A stretch of DNA of 57,477 nt, the filler included, from Chloroflexota bacterium (GTDB taxonomy: Bacteria; Chloroflexota; Chloroflexia; QHBQ01), in the NCBI GenBank assembly GCA_043754535.1. It is 4 parts of 4 records of this genome, joined end to end, with 100 filler letters (N's around TTAATTAATTAA, not from the genome) between each part and the next. Parts side by side here need not be neighbours in the genome. Positions count along the whole stretch, not along the records: positions 9,765 to 19,340 come from JAYUUN010000101.1; positions 19,441 to 28,949 come from JAYUUN010000102.1; 2 more parts are not named here. One strand, written 5' to 3'. Under the pieces are notes generated by a model. It did not search any database, was not told where the DNA came from, and saw only the letters and a list, made by a program, of their open reading frames with translations. Every line of letters starts with the position of its first letter. Positions within the stretch are counted from its first letter, which is position 1. Of the stretch, positions 12,588-21,976 are shown piece by piece. Both the position numbers and the translations under genes were made by a program.

Positions 12588-14048
12588 TCAACAGCCTAAT
12601 CCCTGAGCCGCCACCGTAAGTCCCGCCGTAGCCCCGGTAGCGCGAAGCTGGCTAGGCGGCTCAGGGCTACTGGACTGATCAGGGTTGACTGAGGTAGCCT
12701 CTGCCTGCTCGTACTCGGCGGTCAACCTCAGCAGTGCTTCAATCTCGTGCAGGATGCCGTTAGCATCCTCCGCCGTCTGCCTGGCCGCGACTCCCACCTG
12801 CTGCATCGCCGCCGCGACCGTCGTACTCTGGTTACGTTGTTGCTCGGTGGCCTGCTCAATGCCTCCCATCTGGCCCTTCGTCCGCCTGGCTTCCTCGATT
12901 ACCGCCAGGTTAGCGGCGGCAGCAATGAGACTTTGCTCGGCAGCAAGGTTGGCAGCGGCAAGGCCCTGGATCGTAGCCTTCTGGCTAGCGCGGTTGGCCT
13001 CGTTCAGCTCGGTCAGGTTGTTGGCGATCCTCTGGGCTTGCTGGGCCGAACTGTTGCTAAGTTCGGTCAGTTCTTCGGCTATTATGCTGAACCTCTTGCC
13101 GTAGGCTCCTGCCCCCGCTGCTTCGATGCTAGCGTTGAGAGCAAGCAGATGGGTCTCTGTTGCAACCTCGCCCACCAATGTGGCGGCCCCGCCGATCACC
13201 TCTATCTGCGAGGCCAGCTGCGCGCCAGAGGTAGCGATCACTGCGGCCTGAACCTCAGAGCTTTTGCTTGCCTCCCTGCTTGCGTCGGTAGCTCTCAGGG
13301 CGAGGTCGGCAGAGGTGAGGGTGCGCTCTGCGCCAGCAGCCGCTTCCCTGGCCGAGTGGGCAATTTGGGCGGCGGTGGCGGCCTGCGCCTCGCTGTTGGC
13401 TCTTACCTGTTCTACAGCGGCCAGTTGCTCCTGCGCTCCTTCCGCCTGCTGGCGTGCTATCTCCCGGAGGCGGTCGGCTGTGAGCTTGATGACACGTGCG
13501 ATGCGTTGGTCGCGCTCCAAGCTGCGGGCCAGCTTGGTGTTGGCCGCCTGGGTCTCGCCCGCTCTGGCAAGAGCCTGCTGCACATTGACGTTGAGCAGCC
13601 TGACTAGCTCGGCGACCAAGATGCCACATACCATCACCGTCATGATGCCACCTAGAGCGTCACCAAGATCGATGGATGGGGCAAAAGACAGGGCTGCCAG
13701 GTAGGCAAGGAGCGCAACAGCAGTGGCGGGGATGATGATCCTACCACCCAGCAGGATGCCCGCTATGATGATAGCGGCCACGTAGCCGAGGATGGCATTG
13801 TTGCCAGGGTTAGCGGCGAGCGGCAGGGAACTGTTGAGGATAGCTCCACCACACACTACGTATGTGGCAACCCGGATGTTCAACCTTGCCGCAACAAGCA
13901 CGATCAGGCCAAAGCCCACGGCAACTGCGTAGGTGGCGCGCTCCCCGCTGGCCGTGACTAGACCCACCCCACCGGCAAGAACGGCTAGCCCCCCTACCAG
14001 GCTGACTAGCCACTCTGCTACCAGCGATCTCGTGTTATTATTATCCAT
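12588..14048 (-). CDS. Methyl-accepting chemotaxis protein with multi-TM N-terminal sensor
   Basis: ETHLLALNASIEAAGAGAYGKRFSIIAEEL MCP signalling hairpin; about 5-6 hydrophobic helices N-terminally; AAGGAGG RBS (alternative start 14054). Confidence 0.9.
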   Translation of the reverse strand: MDNNNTRSLVAEWLVSLVGGLAVLAGGVGLVTASGERATYAVAVGFGLIVLVAARLNIRVATYVVCGGAILNSSLPLAANPGNNAILGYVAAIIIAGILLGGRIIIPATAVALLAYLAALSFAPSIDLGDALGGIMTVMVCGILVAELVRLLNVNVQQALARAGETQAANTKLARSLERDQRIARVIKLTADRLREIARQQAEGAQEQLAAVEQVRANSEAQAATAAQIAHSAREAAAGAERTLTSADLALRATDASREASKSSEVQAAVIATSGAQLASQIEVIGGAATLVGEVATETHLLALNASIEAAGAGAYGKRFSIIAEELTELSNSSAQQAQRIANNLTELNEANRASQKATIQGLAAANLAAEQSLIAAAANLAVIEEARRTKGQMGGIEQATEQQRNQSTTVAAAMQQVGVAARQTAEDANGILHEIEALLRLTAEYEQAEATSVNPDQSSSPEPPSQLRATGATAGLTVAAQGLGC

Positions 14049-14102
14049 CGCCATCCTCCTTACGCCAACCCTCTCACGCAGAGTTTAACCTTGACTGTAT
14101 AG

Positions 14103-14294
14103 CTACCGCCCCCGCCCTGGATAGTAGTTTGGCTTGGTTGATGGCTCCTTGCCGAACAACCGACCTACGCCGTCACGGATCATCGGCCAGAAAAGTAGGC
14201 CCGTACCAGCAGCATAAGCCGCCGTGACGATGGCTAGAGCCGCGCTGCCGGTCCACTTGATGATTTTCATTGCTGTCCTCGTCCTTTCATTCAT
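14103..14294 (-). CDS. Small hydrophobic peptide (55-63 aa), C-terminus ...RLFGKEPSTKPNYYPGRGR
   Basis: Start overlaps upstream stop (ATGA), alternative ATG at 14270 with GAGGA; one TM helix; similar tail to peptide at 16926-17105. Confidence 0.65.
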   Translation of the reverse strand: MNERTRTAMKIIKWTGSAALAIVTAAYAAGTGLLFWPMIRDGVGRLFGKEPSTKPNYYPGRGR

Positions 14295-15454
14295 CCCCCT
14301 GTGAGGGCAGCCTTGCTGGAAGGCTGCCCTGATAAGCAGGCTAAGGGGCAGATGTCCTCGATGCTCATACTCCGCAACGTTGCGGAGACGGGGATGGTCG
14401 GGATCGGCGCATTACCAGCGGCGACGTTGCCCGCGTCGCTGTTCGAAATCCCGAACAATCCTTGAGTAGCCTTTGGCACCGTGCGCCGCTTGGCAACCAG
14501 CCGCTGGTCCTGACCGACGTGGTAGGCGGCGACGGTCGCTTCATCAACACCCTGAGCGCGGAGCAGATAGTCTGCCAACGTGTAGTTGCTGGTTGAGGTG
14601 GTGTTATTGCGGTAGCGGCACACCTCGTTGCCGTCAATCGAGTAGACAACATCAAACCTGGTGTTGTCGTAACCAAGGGTACCAGGGCGGCCTTTAGCCT
14701 CCCAGGCTATGCTGTAGTTGTGGGGAGCGGTGAAGTACACCTCCGCCTGGGAGGCTGGGATTTGCGAGTTGAGTTCGACCCAGCTCGTCCCCTGGCTGTA
14801 GTCAACATAGTAACAGTTGATGCGACGTTGGCCGTCGCTACCATTCAGCAGTTGGTTGGCGGTAGGGTCAGCAGTGGCGACTAGGCCGAGGAATGCGCCC
14901 TGCACCTTGTACTGCCCGAAGTCAACCGAGCCATCCGCTTTGATCACGTCTGCCTCGCCAGACTGGTAGCCCATGTTGAACACGTTTGTGGTAGCCGTGT
15001 TCCAAAAACTATGGCTGATTGCCACCCCGTTAAAGTTGAGGCGGCGGGTGGGGGTCATCACGCGGTAGCTGCCCTGCTGGTAAAGCTGGGTCAGCAGGGT
15101 CTGGCTCAGGGGACTGTACGAGTCCACTTGGCTGTAGATGTAGTGTGTCGTAGCAGGATCGCAGTTGGGGTAACCCGCCAGAATGTGGGCGCGATCCAAA
15201 CTAATCTCCCAGGCATTGGCGGCTGTGTTCCACCGCTGCAACTTCGGCGGGGGGTTGCCGGGTACGCCGGTAGCTGAGTTGGCGGCGCAGTCCTCCTCGA
15301 ACTGGTCGGCCCGCAGCAGAGTGCTGGGGCTAAAGGTTAGCTGCCACCTGCCGCCCGCAGCAGAGGCATCGCCGAACTGGCTGGCAGCCATCAAGACCAG
15401 ACTAAGGACCACCCAAGGGTGCGTTTTAGGGTGCGTTTTCGCTATGCGTAGCAT
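14291..15454 (-). CDS. Secreted beta-sandwich protein (ConA/GH16-like features)
   Basis: GGAGGA RBS before ATG 15454; signal peptide WVVLSLVLMAASQFGDASA; HNYSIAWE...VVYSIDGNEV and SGEADVI motifs. Confidence 0.6.
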   Translation of the reverse strand: MLRIAKTHPKTHPWVVLSLVLMAASQFGDASAAGGRWQLTFSPSTLLRADQFEEDCAANSATGVPGNPPPKLQRWNTAANAWEISLDRAHILAGYPNCDPATTHYIYSQVDSYSPLSQTLLTQLYQQGSYRVMTPTRRLNFNGVAISHSFWNTATTNVFNMGYQSGEADVIKADGSVDFGQYKVQGAFLGLVATADPTANQLLNGSDGQRRINCYYVDYSQGTSWVELNSQIPASQAEVYFTAPHNYSIAWEAKGRPGTLGYDNTRFDVVYSIDGNEVCRYRNNTTSTSNYTLADYLLRAQGVDEATVAAYHVGQDQRLVAKRRTVPKATQGLFGISNSDAGNVAAGNAPIPTIPVSATLRSMSIEDICPLACLSGQPSSKAALTGG

Positions 15455-15620
15455 TGTTTGTTTCCTCCATATGCTATAATTGCCCAAGAACGCCGTGCGC
15501 GCCGCTTGTTGTCAACATTGTAGCACCAATTTTCCCCGGTGTCAATACTTATTTCTACGAGGGGGAAGAAACTGGCAGCTACAGCAAGTCAGCGTTTCGT
15601 GCCGATCAAGGAGTCGAGAC

Positions 15621-16133
15621 TTGCCAGATAGACAAACATCAGGTCCTGTATCATCAGGTCCTGTATTTGGTGCAAACTTTAAGAGGCTGCGGCAAGCCCT
15701 ACGCGTGACTGCCGTGGAAGTAGCAAAACGAGCTGGCTGGTCGCCCAGCCAGCTATCAAAGTTGGAAAATGGACAAATTGAGAAAATAGACTTGTTTGAT
15801 GCGCTGATGCTAGCGAGCCTGATCAGGGTTCCGCTGGAAGACCTTGTGGCAGGGGCTGAACTCGCCTTGCCGCAGCCTATCTTCGACCAAGACTATCCAG
15901 CACAGCAAATTCTAGATAGTGAGAGCAGCCAGTTGCCTAAGAGCAAACGTGGCTTCTTTCAAGCTCTCCTTTACCGCGTGGGGCCGGGCATAGTTGAGAG
16001 CATGGCCGAAGACGTTATCACTAACGTAGATGTAGATAAACGACTGCTGCGATTCATTGGCGATTGGGAGCAGCTCTCAGAGCCACAGAAGCAGTTGCTT
16101 GTGGCGATGATCGAACAATTTTCTCCCTCGTAA
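15621..16133 (+). CDS. XRE/Cro-family HTH transcriptional regulator
   Basis: FGANFKRLRQALRVTAVEVAKRAGWSPSQLSKLENG; AAGGAG RBS before TTG 15621; divergent from the secreted-protein/peptide/MCP unit; 15-bp tandem duplication CATCAGGTCCTGTAT near the 5' end. Confidence 0.85.
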   Translation: MPDRQTSGPVSSGPVFGANFKRLRQALRVTAVEVAKRAGWSPSQLSKLENGQIEKIDLFDALMLASLIRVPLEDLVAGAELALPQPIFDQDYPAQQILDSESSQLPKSKRGFFQALLYRVGPGIVESMAEDVITNVDVDKRLLRFIGDWEQLSEPQKQLLVAMIEQFSPS

Positions 16134-16175
16134 AAGCAAAGTGGAGGCTTCTTGTGTCTGGGGAGAAGCAAACAG

Positions 16176-16208
16176 AGACCTCCTGCATCTTCCGCAGGAG
16201 GTCTTCTT
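16176..16208. terminator. Terminator between convergent genes
   Basis: AGACCTCCTGC-atcttcc-GCAGGAGGTCT followed by TCTT. Confidence 0.6.
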
Positions 16209-16242
16209 AGTTGGTTGCCTACCTTCTTGCTTGGCTAACTTC

Positions 16243-16905
16243 CTACCTTCTTTTGTCTTGCACAGGATCATAAAATGGTACTCCTAGTTCTTCAGCGCGT
16301 GTTGGCAGCTTGGCTGCCATCATCGTTGCTAGTTGCACGACCATCTTACGCTGGTACTGCACATGGTAATACAGGGGGACAGCGATCAGGATCAGCCAAT
16401 ACACGCATGAGGTAACGACTTGGACGCGAAAATCAGCATAGCTCAGGTTGTCTGGCGTGGGCCATAGCTGCTGATCGGATAGTACCCACACCAGCGCAAA
16501 GCAGGAGGTTGCCGCAATACTACTAACAAGCAGCCCACGGATGCCAAGCGTCAGGGAGGCAAACAATACGCCCCATACTGCTAGGCTCATGTTGGGGTTG
16601 TTGCCAAAGCCGTAGGCATAGGACACGCCTACGATGCCTAGCCCTATCCCCAGCAGGCTGATCAAGGTAGATATGGTGACATAGTACCTCTTGCTGTAGC
16701 GAAAGGCCAGCACAAATATGGGGCTGGAGATGAGCAGCGCACTGAGGGACAACAAATAGCCTGGGTACTGACCGGTCAGCAAATCGGAGATAGAGGCACC
16801 GATCAGGATGCCAGCCATTTCGCAGATGCCAACACGGAGCAGAGCGACGTTGCCAAAGCTGCTCCCTGCCAACCAGCTATTATCGAACCTTTGTTTAGGC
16901 TTCAT
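16243..16905 (-). CDS. Multi-TM (about 6 helices) membrane sensor-like protein with no output domain
   Basis: Hydrophobic helices; GNNPNMSLAVWGVLFASLTLGIRGLL resembles GNNAILGYVAAIIIAGILLGGRIII of the MCP N-terminus. Confidence 0.7.
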   Translation of the reverse strand: MKPKQRFDNSWLAGSSFGNVALLRVGICEMAGILIGASISDLLTGQYPGYLLSLSALLISSPIFVLAFRYSKRYYVTISTLISLLGIGLGIVGVSYAYGFGNNPNMSLAVWGVLFASLTLGIRGLLVSSIAATSCFALVWVLSDQQLWPTPDNLSYADFRVQVVTSCVYWLILIAVPLYYHVQYQRKMVVQLATMMAAKLPTRAEELGVPFYDPVQDKRR

Positions 16906-16925
16906 CCTAGCCCCCCAACTAGTGC

Positions 16926-17105
16926 TTATCGGCTACGGCCAATATAGCCGAAGGTGAACGGTTCCTCTTTGACCGCCTGCCCCAGCAATCTCTTGATCAG
17001 CCGGATGCCAAGGTAGCAGAGTAGTGGAAGGAACATGACCGCAGTTGTCAGCAACATCAACCACTCAACTAGCCTGGTCATTACAACGCGCGCCGAACTG
17101 GACAT
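16926..17105 (-). CDS. Small hydrophobic peptide (59 aa), C-terminus ...RLLGQAVKEEPFTFGYIGRSR
   Basis: GGAGGT RBS before ATG 17105; own promoter-like TTGTGC-N18-TATACT upstream; one TM helix. Confidence 0.7.
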   Translation of the reverse strand: MSSSARVVMTRLVEWLMLLTTAVMFLPLLCYLGIRLIKRLLGQAVKEEPFTFGYIGRSR

Positions 17106-17278
17106 GGCTAAACCTCCACTTAAATAGTATAGCATAGGACGAACTTGCAGCACAAGGGAGCGGCAGCACTATACCACAAGTTCGTCGCCCGACCCCTCGG
17201 CTAGCAGGGGGGCGATGCGAGCCTATCAGCACAGCCCGCAGCGGAGCTGCATCCAGCTGGTTTTGAGTGGCTATCCTA

Positions 17279-18466
17279 CTAACTTGCATCTGTGTTCCCC
17301 TCAATGCTGAACTCCACCCCGCGCACCCTGACTGCCCGCTGTCTACTGCCCAGCACGTAGAGCCAGCCCGCCAAGCTGAACCAGCAGGTAAGCGGGGAGA
17401 GGATAGCGTCCCACCAGGCTGCGGTGATGCTGCCATAGAGCAGGTTCGTCGCCCAGATGCTGAGGAAAGGGTAGCTGTAACCCCGCTGCTTGCTAGCCGC
17501 CCCATAGAACAGCAAGGCCCAGCTCGCCACCTGTACGCCGTAGGTCGGTAGGGGAGAGAGGTAGAACAGGTAGGGGACGGAGAGCTTGGCCGCCAACATC
17601 TGCCTGGTCCACCGCTCCCACCAACTCCGCAGGCTGGCGTAGCGGTTGTAGACCGGCACGATGCCCACCTGCCCCAGCTTGTACCCAGCCCCCAGCACCG
17701 CGCGGCTGGCCGCCACGTCGTCAGCTATCTGCTGCCAGCTCTCCGTGAATGATCCGTAACCACCGAAGCTGCGGAAGACGGAGGCACGTATGCTGTTGAG
17801 GTTGCCACTCATCACCTGTCCCCCCCCACGCAGGGTAGCATCAAGGGCGAGCAGGCCCATGCCGGGGCTGAAAGCCATTGCATCTGGCAATGCCGCCCAC
17901 TCCTTCGCCCCCATGTAGAGCGAGTAGGCACCAACCCCCCCCACCGTCTCATCTTCGTAAGCGGCGGCCACCTGGCGCAGCAGCCGTACTGTCACCAGCG
18001 AGTCGCTGTCGGTGGTGAGCAACACGTCTGCTGGTTCGACTGCTGCATCCAAGATCGCCCAGCCCGCTATCAGGTTGTGAACCTTGCCGGTCACGTGGGT
18101 GGTGCGGGGGCCAGACTCGGTCACCTGCACCAGGCTGCCATAAGGAGCAGCCAGCACCCTGATTTTCGCCAGCCCTGGGTCGCCGTTGTTGGTCACCACT
18201 ATCACGCGGGCGTTGCCGTACTCCTGCGCGGCGACAAAGAGGCGATCCATCAGCCGGAGTTCGTCGCGCACATCACCGGGGTACGCTGCGCCGCGACTGT
18301 CGCTTTCGGTACGGTAGGGGCGCAGGATGTGCAGGCGCAGTTCGTTGCCCACCGCTTCGGGCGCGGCGATGCGGCGGCGGAGCAGGAAGTAGCCGACGAT
18401 GCCTGCCACGTTGATTGCCCAGGTAAGGGGGAGGATGATGTTCGCCAGCCAGCTAATCTTTTTCAT
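17279..18466 (-). CDS. GT2/GT21 (ceramide-glucosyltransferase/HpnI-like) glycosyltransferase
   Basis: N-terminal TM, GKVHNL, DSD, IADD, ERWTR, C-terminal TMs and VRVRG tail. Confidence 0.8.
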   Translation of the reverse strand: MKKISWLANIILPLTWAINVAGIVGYFLLRRRIAAPEAVGNELRLHILRPYRTESDSRGAAYPGDVRDELRLMDRLFVAAQEYGNARVIVVTNNGDPGLAKIRVLAAPYGSLVQVTESGPRTTHVTGKVHNLIAGWAILDAAVEPADVLLTTDSDSLVTVRLLRQVAAAYEDETVGGVGAYSLYMGAKEWAALPDAMAFSPGMGLLALDATLRGGGQVMSGNLNSIRASVFRSFGGYGSFTESWQQIADDVAASRAVLGAGYKLGQVGIVPVYNRYASLRSWWERWTRQMLAAKLSVPYLFYLSPLPTYGVQVASWALLFYGAASKQRGYSYPFLSIWATNLLYGSITAAWWDAILSPLTCWFSLAGWLYVLGSRQRAVRVRGVEFSIEGNTDAS

Positions 18467-19340
18467 CACGCACCTCGAAGGTAAGGCCGCGCCAGCGCAC
18501 GGTACTTTGCCGTCCGACCAGCACGTAGGCCCACGCTGCCAGCGTCGGGAGCGAGCCGATGGGGGAGAGCAGTGCATCTAGCCATGCGCCAGTCAGGGCG
18601 CAGTAGGTGGCGTTGATGCCCCAGTTCGCCGCGAAGGGGGCGGCGTAGGCCCAGCGGCCCCGCCGCAGGGCGTAGCCGAGCAGCCCCAGGCTGACCAGTT
18701 GCGCTCCGTAAGTCGGCGCGGCATAGAGGTAAAACTTGTCGGGCTGCGACAGCTTGAGGCCGAGCATGATGCGCGTCCACCGCTGCCACCAGCTACGCCA
18801 CGAACTGTAGCGGTTGTAGACGCGGATACCACCCACCATCGCGATCCGTTTGCCGGTGGCGAGTACCTTCTGCGCCGTCGCCACGTCGTCTACCAGTTGC
18901 TCCCGTCGTGTATAGCTAGCAAAGCCACCGAACTCGCGGAAGACAGAGGCGCGCAAGCTGAGGAGGTTGCCAGTCATCTGGCTCGGCCCGCGCAGGGCCG
19001 AGTCGAGGGCCAGCAGGCCGATGCCAGAGATGACCACCGAGGTGTACATCCGTGCAGGCCAATCCACCCCTGGTGCATAGAGCATGAAGCTGCCAACCCC
19101 ACCCACCGTTTCATCTTGGTAGGCTGCGGCCACCTGGTAGAGCAGGGGGGTGGTTAGGTCGCTGTCGCAATCGCTAGCTACGATGATGTCCTCGTCGGCT
19201 ACCTCGTCCTTGAGGGCATCCCAGGCTACCTTGTGATTGAACATCTGGCCGGAGGCGGTATCAGGCGGCATGAGCGGGGCTTCGATCACTTGTACCAAGT
19301 CGCTATAGGGGGCGGCTAGTTGCCTGATCTTCGCCAGCCC
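18453..19340 (-). CDS. Paralogous GT2/GT21 glycosyltransferase (5' truncated by contig edge)
   Basis: DCDSD, LVDDV, QRWTR, VRWRG; clear paralogue of 17279-18466 (QVAAAYxDETVGGVG, YNRYxSxRSWW). Confidence 0.8.
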   Translation of the reverse strand, partial: GLAKIRQLAAPYSDLVQVIEAPLMPPDTASGQMFNHKVAWDALKDEVADEDIIVASDCDSDLTTPLLYQVAAAYQDETVGGVGSFMLYAPGVDWPARMYTSVVISGIGLLALDSALRGPSQMTGNLLSLRASVFREFGGFASYTRREQLVDDVATAQKVLATGKRIAMVGGIRVYNRYSSWRSWWQRWTRIMLGLKLSQPDKFYLYAAPTYGAQLVSLGLLGYALRRGRWAYAAPFAANWGINATYCALTGAWLDALLSPIGSLPTLAAWAYVLVGRQSTVRWRGLTFEVRDEKD

Positions 19341-19440
19341 NNNNNNNNNNNNNNNNNNNNNNNNNNNNNNNNNNNNNNNNNNNNTTAATTAATTAANNNN
19401 NNNNNNNNNNNNNNNNNNNNNNNNNNNNNNNNNNNNNNNN
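19341..19440. other. Artificial contig linker
   Basis: N44-TTAATTAATTAA-N44. Confidence 0.99.
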
Positions 19441-19689
19441 TTGCGCCCCCTCCCGCGCCAGCCGCTCGACCTTCGCTACCAGGTCGACCAGCCCACCGCG
19501 CTGGTTGCAGGCCGCACACTGCCAGCGGGTGCCAGTTAGTGTGAAGCTGAACTCCGGGCTGACACACAGGGGGCAATGGCCCAGCCAGCCATCCTTGTCG
19601 CTGATTAGCTGTGTGTAGTAGCTGACAATCTTGGCGGCGTACGGGGCAAGCTCTTTTTCACGGCTGAACAGGTTGGTAAGCAGGCTCAT
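19441..19689 (-). CDS. CHC2-like zinc-finger protein (3' truncated)
   Basis: GHCPLC...WQCAACNQRGGLVDLV resembles a primase zinc-binding domain. Confidence 0.55.
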
Positions 19690-19705
19690 GGTAAACCCTC
19701 GTCAA

Positions 19706-19730
19706 GCAGGGGTCAGAGTGTGACCCCTGC
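19706..19730. repeat. Palindrome overlapping the parB stop codon (parS-like candidate)
   Basis: GCAGGGGTCA-GAGTG-TGACCCCTGC; 22-bp core identical at 29297-29318. Confidence 0.75.
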
Positions 19731-20900
19731 CGCTAACCGGCTGCGCCTGCGGCTAAGGGCGTGCGCTTGCCTGGTCAGCCAGGTGATCGTCTCCTCGACC
19801 AGTGCAAGGGCGGCGGCCCGCTCGTCAGCAGGCAAGTCACGCAGGTCAGCGACAAGCTGGCGGCGGAAGCTGGCAACGTGCTGCTGCATCTCAGGCAGGG
19901 TGGCTGGGCTACTTACCCCCTTATGGGTAGGCGTGCTACCTTGTGCTGCACGGCTCGTCTTGGCCGGGCTGGTTGTGGTGACTGGGAGCATAGTCCAAGT
20001 TGGACCATCGGCAGCCTCAGCCTCAAGTGGCGCAAGGGTAGGCTCGAAGATGCACTCCGATAGTTGCTGCGGTGACAGGCCGGGGCTGAGGGCTAGCTGC
20101 ACCTGCGCGGCGGTCAGCAACTCGGCCACCGACCGCTGGTTGGCTGGGTCGCGCACAGCACGAGCGGCGGCCTGCACCACCACCGACCGGTAGGGCTTGC
20201 CTTCGCTCTGCGCGGCGGTCAACAAGGCAAGTCGTTGCGCTGCTGGAGCTTCAGCTATCGCTACCAACGCATCCAGCGGCAAGGAACTGCCCTGCATCAC
20301 GGCCTGCACCTCCGGCTCAAGGCTTGCTAGCCTCATGTACTTCTTGCGACTGGTCTCCTTCAATCCCGCGATACGCTCGAATTGAGGCCAGCTAATTTGT
20401 AGCTGCTGCTCGCCAAGGAGGCGCGCTGCTGCCGCCAGTTGGTCGTAAGCGGCCTGCCACTCGGCCAGCGTCTCGGCTTGCGGCCAGGCGAAGAACCAGC
20501 GGTCACAGAAGTACTCGCAGTCCAGCATCAACCGTAGCCGCTTGTAAGCCAGAGCCTTCTCCAGAGGGGTCAGGTTTTTGCGCCGTTCGTTCTCGTCGAT
20601 CTGGGTAAGCCAAACCTGTGCCGGGCTGAGGCGGCCAGCGGGGTAGACCTGCGCTGGTACCTCGGTGAGGCCCGCCCGCTGCGCTGCCTGCAAGCGACGT
20701 GCGCCATGTATCAGGCGGTAGCTGCTGTCGGGCTGTTGCTCAAGCAGCACGCTGCTGAAGAAGCCATGCTGCTCAATGCTGGCTTGCAGGTCGTCGAGGT
20801 CATCCAGCAGCAGGCGCGGCTGCTCGGCGGGGACTTGGATCGCATCCACTGCTACCATTGTGGGGGTATAGACAGGTGCTTCGCTCACAATCAACCTCAT
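19713..20900 (-). CDS. parB: Orphan ParB/Spo0J-like CTPase-domain protein
   Basis: EQPR, LQASIEQHG, YRLIHGARRLQA (GxxRR), ENERRKNLTPLEKA. Confidence 0.8.
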   Translation of the reverse strand: MRLIVSEAPVYTPTMVAVDAIQVPAEQPRLLLDDLDDLQASIEQHGFFSSVLLEQQPDSSYRLIHGARRLQAAQRAGLTEVPAQVYPAGRLSPAQVWLTQIDENERRKNLTPLEKALAYKRLRLMLDCEYFCDRWFFAWPQAETLAEWQAAYDQLAAAARLLGEQQLQISWPQFERIAGLKETSRKKYMRLASLEPEVQAVMQGSSLPLDALVAIAEAPAAQRLALLTAAQSEGKPYRSVVVQAAARAVRDPANQRSVAELLTAAQVQLALSPGLSPQQLSECIFEPTLAPLEAEAADGPTWTMLPVTTTSPAKTSRAAQGSTPTHKGVSSPATLPEMQQHVASFRRQLVADLRDLPADERAAALALVEETITWLTRQAHALSRRRSRLAAGVTL

Positions 20901-21976
20901 GTTCAGGTTAGCTTGTCAGGGGAGAGTGCGGGCTGGAGTGGGGTGGCCCGACCGCCCCGGACAAGCAGAGGCCGTAGCCCTTCCGCTTGTTCGGTCGGTA
21001 GCCGCCTGTTGGTAGCAGGTCGGCGGTGGGTTGGTGTAGCCGCCCACGCTCTGGCAGGCAGTTAGCATCGGCACCGACTGTGGGATGGCTTACCGTCTAA
21101 GCGGAAGCTAGCCCAAATGCGGTGTGAAGCTGGTGCAAACCGTCAGCACACTCTGGCTGAAGGCTAGCACCGACACCAGCGGCGGGTAAGTCTCCCCATT
21201 CCATGAACAGGGGCTAGCCAGCTACGGTGTAAAGTAGTGCGGCCAGGTAGACCTGCCGCTAAGGTGTAGTAACCTGTTGGCTGGGTCTGCTATGCCTACC
21301 AGGTTGTAGCTGAACAGTGCCATGCACCGTGCAGTCGCAAACTGGCCTCAACCTGTCACTGGGGTCGAGTGGTCAGCGTCAGTGCTAGGCACCTGCTAAC
21401 GTAGAACTATCTTAGCACAGGTGGGCGGCGTAGGTCAAGCAGTTGGTGGATGAGAATGGGATTAGAGTTGCTGCTAAAGGCTAACAGGCTGGCGCAGAGC
21501 GAGCATTTTGTGCCTGGGTGACAAAGCACAGAGTGGTTGAACAGAGGAGGTAAAGCTAATAGCCTTTAGTGATAGCGTAATGACGATTAGCAGATCAAGC
21601 CCAACCAGGTAGGGCCGAGGTTCGGTGGTACCCACTGGGAAGAAGCTGGGTGATCAGCTTTGCGTTTGTAGGGTGGAACCGTTCCGCCTTTCTGCAGCTT
21701 GAAGGTGGAGTCGTTCCACTTCCATCAGTGGAGTGGGGCCGTATGGATGGACTGCCTCTCGTGGTGGATGCACCAAGCAAACCACGTAAACGGCCACGCT
21801 GCCAGCCGCAAATGGGTAGTTGGCACGCCAGCAGGCTGATCAACCCCAGGTTGAGAACTGCACTGCCCTCTGCTTGCTTAAACATCTTCTGCTCCTTTAT
21901 GCTTGCTACATAATGTTGGGTGGACAGCCCAGCTAGTTGTTAGCCGAGCTGCCCGCTGGTTGGGGCTGGTTGCTGG

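Noticed and set aside
20901..21900. Short ORFs upstream of the orphan parB
   Set aside because: No motifs, RBS or codon bias supporting them; the region looks like non-coding or decayed DNA.
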